Shown: piece by piece, positions 57,315 to 64,000 of the stretch
How positions within the stretch are numbered: the first letter of the stretch is position 1
How the letters are laid out: every line of letters begins with the position of its first letter
Assembly (NCBI GenBank): GCA_963667795.1
Contig: OY764017.1
Coordinates: 645,236 to 709,235, forward strand
DNA from: Christensenellaceae bacterium
GTDB taxonomy: Bacteria; Bacillota; Clostridia; Christensenellales; CAG-138
Reading direction: 5' to 3'
Length of the DNA stretch: 64,000 nt
Program-made: the position numbers and the translations under genes
The notes under the pieces: generated by a model
Databases searched by the model: none
Told to the model about the DNA's origin: nothing
What the model saw: only the letters and a program-made list of their open reading frames with translations

Positions 57315-57680
57315 TTAATTGCTATTTCCTTTTACTGCCTTTCTTCCGAACTTTTCGCTAAGTTTAACTTTACTCTCATATATGATTTCACCGCTTTGTT
57401 TATCTTTAACAGTTTCGTGATAGCTGTCATTAACACGATCAAATACCATTACTCTATCAACGAATTTTCTACGATCAACACAGAAGCTGTCTCCAAAGAT
57501 GGCTTCGTGGCATAGTCGTTTTCTACGCCCAATAAGTGCTTTACTTTTTACCCAACTTCGATCCAGTTTAATTCGAATTTCATCGCTGATATAAGCAGTT
57601 CTATTACACGATCCACACCGAGGACAACATGCTTCTTCCGAATTGAATTCTTGCCCACATTGACTACAGTAAACGATCAT
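57315..57680 (-). CDS. Zinc-ribbon protein of unknown function (121 aa), AT-rich cargo
   Basis: ATG at 57678-57680 after AAGGAGGG. MIVYCSQCGQEFNSEEACCPRCGSCN... Confidence 0.55.
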   Translation of the reverse strand: MIVYCSQCGQEFNSEEACCPRCGSCNRTAYISDEIRIKLDRSWVKSKALIGRRKRLCHEAIFGDSFCVDRRKFVDRVMVFDRVNDSYHETVKDKQSGEIIYESKVKLSEKFGRKAVKGNSN

Positions 57681-57755
57681 AAACGTTACCCTCCTTGTTA
57701 TGTGTAGTTTGGGTAGAGCTTTTGAAGATTCCATCTTGAATAAAGATGGTGAGCG

Positions 57756-58013
57756 CTAATCAGACGATGTCCTTTCTGAAAGTTGCACGTGAAGCTCCGA
57801 CATAACTTCCTTGTGAGAAAACCGTTGGTCAGTCGAGTGGGCTTCGGCTTCCACTTTGCGGAGCTTGAAGTAGGCCTCATTTTCAGAGCTCAATTTGGCT
57901 TTGGCTTCTTCTAGAGAATGCCAGCCGTTCTCGTCGCCGGATTTTCTCCCCTTAGCAATTTCGTGCATCAAACGATCCATCGCCCGAATTTTCTCATCGT
58001 CGCAATTACTCAT
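57756..58013 (-). CDS. Small hydrophilic protein, possibly antitoxin-like (start uncertain)
   Basis: MSNCDDEKIRAMDRLMHEIAKGRKSGDENGWHSLEEAKAKL...SHKEVMSEL. Weak ribosome-binding site. The longer ORF to 58106 is an alternative. Confidence 0.35.
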   Translation of the reverse strand: MSNCDDEKIRAMDRLMHEIAKGRKSGDENGWHSLEEAKAKLSSENEAYFKLRKVEAEAHSTDQRFSHKEVMSELHVQLSERTSSD

Positions 58014-58095
58014 TATTACATTTCTCACTTTGCCAGCTTTCATACTATCAATACTATACCTTGATTTACTGAGAAATGCAGCGATGCCAATCAAA

Positions 58096-58965
58096 TTAAT
58101 GCGCACTAAAAATACTCTTACTCAAACTCCCCGTCTTGAACAGCGTGAAGCACAGCAGCACCGTGTAGCCCATACACGTCCAGACCACCTTCATGATATC
58201 CTCGTCTATGGTGATACTTTGCACCAACACCGCGTAGATGCCGACGCAAACCATGATGAGGAATGCCTGAAAGCCCAGCGCAAGCAGCGACTTAAGATAG
58301 TTCTGGCCGACGTTGCCCCATTCGTGATTTGCCATCGTAGCCAGCGGGATCGGGCCAAGCGACACTGTGAGATAGATTTCTACCATGCGCCCGTAGATCA
58401 CGACGAAAATGCAGACGGACAGGATGCTCATGGACAGCCCAACGATCATGCTTTGGAAATACAGGCCGATCAGCTGCCCAAGCTCCATGGCTTCCAGCTT
58501 GGTGGTAAGGCTGCCGATTGTACTGGAAATGTCGATGTTCGTGTTGGTCGAAATCACGCCGGCGGCGCGATTGACGACGCTCTGTGACACATCGAAGATT
58601 CCCATGACGATGTTGAAGGTGTTGGTCACGATCAGGACCGCGACAAACGTCTTGAAGATCCAGCGAAAGAACATCCAAGTGTCCACGTCGTGCAGGTTGT
58701 TTTTGTCGATGACCATCTGGATCAGTTCATAGCACATGATGAACGTGAGCACCACGCCCGCGATAGGGATGATGACCGTTTCGGACAGCGTTTTGATCAT
58801 GGAGAAGACGCCGCCGTTCCAAGCCGACGGCGTCGTTCCCACCTGCGTCGCAATTTCTCCGACCTTCTGATTGACCGTGTCGAACATGCCGGCGAGATTA
58901 TCCGTGATCCCTCTGATGAGCAGTTCTTTGAGCCACTCCGTAATCTTTTGGATGATGGTATCCAT
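58096..58965 (-). CDS. VirB6/TrbL-like polytopic conjugation channel protein
   Basis: 289 aa with multiple TM segments. Sits between the Maff2 and PrgI/VirB4 genes, the usual order in Clostridial ICEs. Confidence 0.7.
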   Translation of the reverse strand: MDTIIQKITEWLKELLIRGITDNLAGMFDTVNQKVGEIATQVGTTPSAWNGGVFSMIKTLSETVIIPIAGVVLTFIMCYELIQMVIDKNNLHDVDTWMFFRWIFKTFVAVLIVTNTFNIVMGIFDVSQSVVNRAAGVISTNTNIDISSTIGSLTTKLEAMELGQLIGLYFQSMIVGLSMSILSVCIFVVIYGRMVEIYLTVSLGPIPLATMANHEWGNVGQNYLKSLLALGFQAFLIMVCVGIYAVLVQSITIDEDIMKVVWTCMGYTVLLCFTLFKTGSLSKSIFSAH

Positions 58966-58982
58966 ACAGCGCCATCATCCGA

Positions 58983-59198
58983 TCAACTGAACAGGCCGGA
59001 GAGGAGCGGCACTAGCACCATCCCAACCAGCGCGATGCCGCCGCCCGCCATGAGCTGCTTGATGCCCTGGCTTTTCGCGCCGGGGTTGTCGTTGCCGTAG
59101 CCTTCGAGCAGGTTGATGGCGCCCCATACGGCAAGGCCTGCGCCGATGGCGATGACGAGGGTTTGCAATACGTCGATTGCGCTGTTGAAGAATTCCAT
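58983..59198 (-). CDS. Maff2-family small membrane protein
   Basis: MEFFNSAIDVLQTLVIAIGAGLAVWGAINLLEGYGNDNPGAKSQGIKQLMAGGGIALVGMVLVP. ATG follows GGAGGTACAACT. Confidence 0.75.
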   Translation of the reverse strand: MEFFNSAIDVLQTLVIAIGAGLAVWGAINLLEGYGNDNPGAKSQGIKQLMAGGGIALVGMVLVPLLSGLFS

Positions 59199-59343
59199 AG
59201 TTGTACCTCCGTTTTTTAATTTTGTGATACAGAAAAGTGCCATCCGTTAAGGATGACACTCCGGGCAAGTTTGATTTAGTGTGGGTTTTAAGAGACATCA
59301 AAAATTGGTTATTTTGAAGCACTTGTTGCAAATAGATAAAATA

Positions 59344-59802
59344 TCAGAATTTTGAAAATTTTGAGAGTTCTGCTATTTCGTGAATTAGTTCTTCAAAAGA
59401 TTCTTTGCTCCAAAAACGCGGATGAACATGACCATGCAGGACAAAATTTCGACTATTTTCATCATTGCATGCATGTGTAAATTTGAAATGTTTTTTTGTA
59501 TTTTCAAGAAGCTTTATATACTCTGGATTATCTTGGTTTTCTTCTAATGCAAGATTGATAAGACCCATTCCGACCCGTACCCGAACCGGTTGTTCGTTAC
59601 GATCAAACAAAGGTAATCCATAATCGGATGTTGTTGTACGAATCATTTCTTCTAAGTATGTATATGCAAAAGGAGTTAGTACAGAATAGGAATTTGGGAA
59701 CTCTTCATATAATTCTTTTACAACATTCCAGTCTGGTAACCAATTCCAAAAATGGGCATATCTGTTTATTTCATCAAAATCTTCAACTATAGACACGAAC
59801 AT
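59344..59802 (-). CDS. Hypothetical protein (152 aa), AT-rich cargo
   Basis: MFVSIVEDFDEINRYAHFWNWLPDWNVVKELYEEFPNSY... No recognisable motifs. Trimmed from track ORF 59344..59850. Confidence 0.45.
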   Translation of the reverse strand: MFVSIVEDFDEINRYAHFWNWLPDWNVVKELYEEFPNSYSVLTPFAYTYLEEMIRTTTSDYGLPLFDRNEQPVRVRVGMGLINLALEENQDNPEYIKLLENTKKHFKFTHACNDENSRNFVLHGHVHPRFWSKESFEELIHEIAELSKFSKF

Positions 59803-59821
59803 CCCCCCTTTGCAAAGTACT

Positions 59822-61564
59822 CTAACCCTCGAATTCATTATAGTCATCATTAGGCAGCAGCCGCAATCGCCTTTTCAAATACTTTCCCACATCAAACGCG
59901 TTTCGTTCGTCCGCATCCGTGAGCAGCAAATACATCGGATGCTTTGTTATGTCGTACTTTCTCGAATAAAACGGATGTACGCCTTGTATCTGCAAAATGC
60001 ATCGATTGCCTGGCATGACGGCGAGTTCGTCCGGTGTCATGAGCGGTTTCCCGAGCTTTGTATAATTCAAGCCATGACTGCGTTGATTGCCCCGTGTATC
60101 CGATTCGTTGTAGGTGTCGATGGTCTCTTTGCCCAACGATTCGGATATGCTCTTGAGCGTGCTCGGTTCTTTGCCGCCTAAGAATAATATCGATGAGCAG
60201 TTGCCAATGATGGTTTCGGCGTGCTCTTTATAGACCGCTTTTAGTTGGCTTTGCGTCTGCACAATAATATGCGCGGAAATGTTGCGACTGCGAATGACGG
60301 CGATCAAGTGCTGGAAGTTCGGTATCTTTTGGTTGGCAAATTCATCAAGTAGGCATGTCACATGCACCGGCAGCCGCCCGCCGCAGGAGAGCGCCTTATC
60401 GCACAGCGTATTGAACATCTGCGAATACAACATGGCGGAGATGAAATTGAACGTCAGATCGGTGTCCGACACAATGCAAAACAGCGCGGTTTTTCTGTCG
60501 CCGATTTTGTCGAGCGCCATTTCATCATAGGATAAAAGACGCCGCACTTCTTCAATGTCGAACGGGGCAAGCCTTGCGCCGCAGGATACCAAAATGCTCT
60601 TCATAGTCTTTCCTGCCGCCAATTTGAATTTCTTATATTGTCGTACCGCAAAGTGATCGGGTTTCTCAAGCGCAAGTTGCTCAAACAGTAAATCCACCGG
60701 AGATCGGTAGTCCTCGTCGTCCTCGCGTACTTCGCTGCTGTTGATCAACTCCAACAGTGTCAGGAAATTTCTCTCTTCTTCCGGCGCTTCAAAGGCGATA
60801 TAGCCGATCAGCGCCTGGTAGAATAATGCCTCCGCTTTTGTCCAAAATTCTTCACCGCCTCGCGTGTCTTCTTCCTTGGTGTTCTGCATAATCACGGTCA
60901 CAAGTCGTAACACGTCCGTTTCCGATCGGACATAGGCAAACGGATTGTAATGCATGGATTCAAAAAAACGTATGGTGTTGAGCACGCGGATGATATACCC
61001 GTATCCCACCAGCATTTTGCCGCATTCCGAAAGAACGGTGCCCTTGGGATCGGTCACAATATAGCTCGCATTCATCTGCATGAGGTTCGGCTTGACGTGG
61101 TATCTGGTTTTGCCGGAACCAGAGCTGCCGATTACCAGCACGTTAAGGTTGACGTTGCGTTTTTCGGGATCGGCAATCTGCCCCAGCGTAAGTTGCTCGG
61201 TCTGCGTTAAAACAATGTTCTTGGAAAAATCGCTGTTGATGAACGGCTTGATATCCGCACGACCGCCCCATCGCGCGCTGCCGTATTCTTCGCCTTTTCG
61301 ATATTTGCGTGCGTTCCTGCCTTTCACATACACCGCAAGCCAAACTGCGGCGGCTCCAATCAACCCAATCAGCAGATCGTTCGGATGAAAACTTGGTATC
61401 CAACAAGAGAACGCGGCGGCAAATCCAGCCGGTAACCCAAGCACCTTTTCGCTGATGTCAGGGCCCGGGGCAAGACGAAATCCCTGCCCGACCTTGGTGC
61501 AAAGCAGAAACAGCAGAACATATGGCAACGCCCGGGTGATGATTCGTTTAGCATCCTGCTTCAT
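59822..61564 (-). CDS. VirD4/TraG-type coupling protein
   Basis: N-terminal TM segments and Walker A GSSGSGKT. ATGA overlap with the PcfB stop. Confidence 0.85.
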   Translation of the reverse strand: MKQDAKRIITRALPYVLLFLLCTKVGQGFRLAPGPDISEKVLGLPAGFAAAFSCWIPSFHPNDLLIGLIGAAAVWLAVYVKGRNARKYRKGEEYGSARWGGRADIKPFINSDFSKNIVLTQTEQLTLGQIADPEKRNVNLNVLVIGSSGSGKTRYHVKPNLMQMNASYIVTDPKGTVLSECGKMLVGYGYIIRVLNTIRFFESMHYNPFAYVRSETDVLRLVTVIMQNTKEEDTRGGEEFWTKAEALFYQALIGYIAFEAPEEERNFLTLLELINSSEVREDDEDYRSPVDLLFEQLALEKPDHFAVRQYKKFKLAAGKTMKSILVSCGARLAPFDIEEVRRLLSYDEMALDKIGDRKTALFCIVSDTDLTFNFISAMLYSQMFNTLCDKALSCGGRLPVHVTCLLDEFANQKIPNFQHLIAVIRSRNISAHIIVQTQSQLKAVYKEHAETIIGNCSSILFLGGKEPSTLKSISESLGKETIDTYNESDTRGNQRSHGLNYTKLGKPLMTPDELAVMPGNRCILQIQGVHPFYSRKYDITKHPMYLLLTDADERNAFDVGKYLKRRLRLLPNDDYNEFEG

Positions 61565-62049
61565 AGGCTTTTCTCCTGTTCCCGATTGCGCTCTTTTGCG
61601 GACGTCCTGTTTCGCACAAGCTGCTGAAACTTATGAAGTTGTGCAAGGATGGAGGGCTTGTTTTCGCGCTTGACCGTCTTTGCCGTGAACTCGCGAAACG
61701 CGGCGGTCATTGCGTCGGTATCCGGCGCTTTGAAGAACACCAGATACTTCGGCGGACGCTGGCTCGCATCTCGTTTGACGGCAAAGTCCACGCCATATTT
61801 GTTCGCCACCCGCTCAAATGCTTTGATGTTGCTGTCCGTCACCTCAACATTCGTTACGCCTTTTTCTTGCCCAACCAGTTGCTTTACCGTTTGTTTGCCA
61901 TGCTTCACCGTATCTTTTCCTGAAGAAGTTCTATTCCGGTACTTTTTCGTTTCAAGGTATCTGCGCATAGCGTCTCGCAGCACACGTGCGGTCAGCTTGC
62001 TCGTAGTGATTACAAGCGTTATGGAACGGTTTTCTATTTCTTCCTGCAT
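61561..62049 (-). CDS. PcfB-family protein
   Basis: ITLVITTSKLTARVLRDAMRRYL...KAFERVANKYGVDFAVKRD...YLVFFKAPDTDAMTAAFREF. Confidence 0.7.
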   Translation of the reverse strand: MQEEIENRSITLVITTSKLTARVLRDAMRRYLETKKYRNRTSSGKDTVKHGKQTVKQLVGQEKGVTNVEVTDSNIKAFERVANKYGVDFAVKRDASQRPPKYLVFFKAPDTDAMTAAFREFTAKTVKRENKPSILAQLHKFQQLVRNRTSAKERNREQEKSL

Positions 62050-62067
62050 GATTTTGTGCCTCCAGTC

Positions 62068-62418
62068 CTACAAAGCCTTTGTATGCCCACAGTTTTTTAC
62101 GGTCAAAAGACCGGTTAGCGTCGTAGCCGTGATCTTCAGCCGTTTTGCGATTGCGATATCGCTTTTCATGGTTTCGCTGATACGCTCTCCGCAAACGACA
62201 AGCACATGCGATCTGCGAAGCAATTCTCGGCTCATATCAATGCTGTCCTTATGTTCCTGCGGAACATCGTTGTTGGTAAACAGCGGCAGATACAGCGCTG
62301 GACAGATGGGCGAAAAGCCAACCTCATATACGGCGCGTCAGTAATCAGCCGCAAGTTTTGTGTCTTTCCCGACATTGCCGCTCCAAGCGGCGGTCACATA
62401 CGCAAGCGGTCGTTTCAT
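62068..62418 (-). pseudogene. DUF4406-like gene with an in-frame TGA
   Basis: MKRPLAYVTAAWSGNVGKDTKLAADY-TGA(62338-62340)-RAVYEVGFSPICPALYLPLFTNND...ERISETMKSDIAIAKRL. As I recall, homologs have Cys (TGY) at this position. Confidence 0.6.
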
Positions 62419-62477
62419 TTCGTTTTTTATTCCTTTCTCAGTATGCGGAAATTTGATCGCTCGTAGCGGCAAAGCGC

Positions 62478-63332
62478 TCATCCTTTTTCCATGTCGTGGT
62501 TGAATTGTGTTTTGTAGAAGCTGGTCATAGTGCTGGGGGCATTGAATAGAACCGTCAGCATATATTTTTTAATATTGCGCACGTCAGTCGTGTTTCTATT
62601 CAGGCACTCGAAAATGTACTCCATGTGCTGACTGCCGATCTTCAGCAGCTTGCTTTTTACTGCCGCAGCGGGAAAATCATCTCCGGCGACGGTTAGAACA
62701 TTTCGCTTTGAGCAGAGCGTTTCCGCCATCAACTCGACGATTTCATCCAATCGTTCGCGCCAATTCGGATTGTCTGTAAGCAGCCCGTCATAATCGATGT
62801 TCTCTTTGATCAACTCTCGATATACCACCAGCTCATCCCGTCCGGTCCCATCCCTTCCCAATTCCTGCTGTTTTCGTGATTTAGGATTGGATTGATTATG
62901 GATTGATCTTTGTGTGTTTACTCTTTTCGTTCTTTCTCTATATGTATTTAATTGCGCGGGATTTTTCGTATCCGGTTTATCCATATACGGGTTTTCCGTA
63001 TCTGGATTGTCCGCATATGGCGAAGCCGTATCCGGCAGACGGGGCTGCTCGTAGATCACGTACTCCGTGTCTGTGATACGCCCCTTTTCATCCCGCAATT
63101 GATTGCGAACGATATAACCTTCCCGTTCCAATTCTCGCAGCGCTCCGCCGATGCTATCCACGCCTTCTCTGCAAATCGCAGCCAGACCGCGCGTTGTGTA
63201 GTTCCATTCGTCCGGCAAAGAAAGAATCATTGACAACAAACCTTTTGCTTTGAGCGTCAGACTGCGGTTTTTCAGATGATGATTCGCCATAACGGTATAG
63301 TCGCACGTCTTTTCAACGCGGAATACTGCCAT
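62478..63332 (-). CDS. Replication-initiator-like winged-helix protein of the element
   Basis: Trimmed to the ATG at 63330-63332 after GGAGGATAAAGCA. MAVFRVEKTCDYTVMANHHLKNRSLTLKAKGLLSMILSLPDEWNYT... Confidence 0.6.
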   Translation of the reverse strand: MAVFRVEKTCDYTVMANHHLKNRSLTLKAKGLLSMILSLPDEWNYTTRGLAAICREGVDSIGGALRELEREGYIVRNQLRDEKGRITDTEYVIYEQPRLPDTASPYADNPDTENPYMDKPDTKNPAQLNTYRERTKRVNTQRSIHNQSNPKSRKQQELGRDGTGRDELVVYRELIKENIDYDGLLTDNPNWRERLDEIVELMAETLCSKRNVLTVAGDDFPAAAVKSKLLKIGSQHMEYIFECLNRNTTDVRNIKKYMLTVLFNAPSTMTSFYKTQFNHDMEKG

Positions 63333-63397
63333 TGCTTTATCCTCCGTGATAGCAAAAAGACGTTCCGAAGAACGCCTTCTTGCTCGATTCAAACATG

Positions 63398-64000
63398 TTA
63401 CCGTTCCAGCTCCCGCTGCCGCTTTTTCTGCCATTGCGCCAGCAAACTCAGGATCGTTTCCTCCATCTGCCGCGGCGTATAGCTCTTCGGGAAGTATCGC
63501 TGGAGCTTATCGCTGCTCAGCGTGATGCGATCGACCTCCTTCTTTTCTTCGGACATGATTGCCGCCACAACATCCTCGGATAGTTTACCTTCCTGACTGA
63601 ATTTTTTCAGGCGTTGCGCTTGGGAAAGCGAGGGCGTTGCTTCCTGCGCCGTCATCGCGTCCAACACTTGTGTTTGTTCGCCCGGCTGTAAATACGACAA
63701 TTCTACAGCAGGATTGAACGCGATTTTTCGGTCGTCAACCATTTCCAACAGCGCAGGAATTAGTTCGGTTAAGCGAATGAATCGTGAAACCTGATTTTTG
63801 CTTTCTCCCATTTGTTCAGCTAATATTTCTCGCGATTCTTTCCCTGCTAACTTCCGCCCAACTTGGGCGGAAGTTAAATCTGTACGTTGTCCTTGCCTTT
63901 TCATTGCTTCCAACTTCATTTTGTATGCAAACGCCCGTTCGCTCGGAAGAATCGTTTCGCGTTGCAAGTTGCTATCGCACATCAGGATGGTAGCTGCATC
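63398..64000 (-). CDS. ParB/Spo0J-like protein; the 5' end lies beyond the window
   Basis: The frame is open to position 64000 (DAATILMCDSNLQRETILPSERAFAYKMKLEAMKRQG...), with HTH-like SRFIRLTELIPALLEMV. Confidence 0.7.
   Translation of the reverse strand, partial: DAATILMCDSNLQRETILPSERAFAYKMKLEAMKRQGQRTDLTSAQVGRKLAGKESREILAEQMGESKNQVSRFIRLTELIPALLEMVDDRKIAFNPAVELSYLQPGEQTQVLDAMTAQEATPSLSQAQRLKKFSQEGKLSEDVVAAIMSEEKKEVDRITLSSDKLQRYFPKSYTPRQMEETILSLLAQWQKKRQRELER

Noticed and set aside
62338-62340. Selenocysteine recoding at the in-frame TGA of the DUF4406-like gene.
   Set aside because: I found no convincing stem-loop directly 3' of the TGA, and no sel genes are in the window. A nonsense mutation of a Cys codon is the more economical explanation. 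I kept it as a low-interest finding only.

Overview
This window reads as a mosaic, accessory-rich chromosome segment from a Firmicutes/Clostridia-type genome. Supporting signs are strong AGGAGG-type ribosome-binding sites, lipoboxes, a sortase, and Clostridial-type conjugation genes. All protein family names come from reading the translations and motifs by eye. No database search was run.

Layout:
- (a) 0.5-13.8 kb, minus strand: a cell-envelope locus. It holds a CARDB-like surface protein, an ABC ATPase and permease, three paralogous lipoproteins, small secreted proteins, and a sigma/anti-sigma pair. AT-rich cassettes appear stacked in front of a GC-rich transporter, with repeated gene fragments at the junctions.
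- (b) 14.6-18.1 kb: a pile of insertion sequences (IS). A truncated IS3/IS407-like element is hit by a degenerate IS256-like element, and a further IS3 fragment lies nearby. The pile truncates an AAA/OLD-like ATPase gene and is followed by a tRNA-Arg(CCG).
- (c) 18.1-22.8 kb: small stress-type genes (CsbD-like, GlsB/YmgE-like, dodecin-like, lmo0937-like, baeRF-like) and an orphan Phd/YefM-like antitoxin.
- (d) 22.9-34.8 kb: a 2919-aa cyclic beta-1,2-glucan-synthase-like gene, transcribed divergently from a PAS-GGDEF-HD-GYP gene.
- (e) 34.8-40.3 kb: a second, impaired tRNA-Arg(CCG)-like copy hit by an intact IS256-family element; then a sortase, a 5'-truncated adhesin, and a second identical IS3-family copy.
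- (f) 40.3-64 kb: the backbone of a conjugative element. Genes present are MobC, a polyvalent ArdC-like/methyltransferase/SNF2 helicase, NlpC/P60, VirB4, PrgI, VirB6-like, Maff2, VirD4, PcfB, Rep-like and ParB-like.

Most notable observations:
- A TnpV-like gene with its own ribosome-binding site is nested out of frame inside the still-open polyvalent gene.
- The two tRNA-Arg copies have reciprocally swapped anticodon-stem halves and bracket about 19 kb.
- A group II intron splits helicase motif VI of the polyvalent gene.
- The envelope locus has a direct-repeat cassette architecture.
- Three AT-rich cargo islets sit inside the type IV secretion (T4SS) operon.

No CRISPR array and no rRNA were seen.
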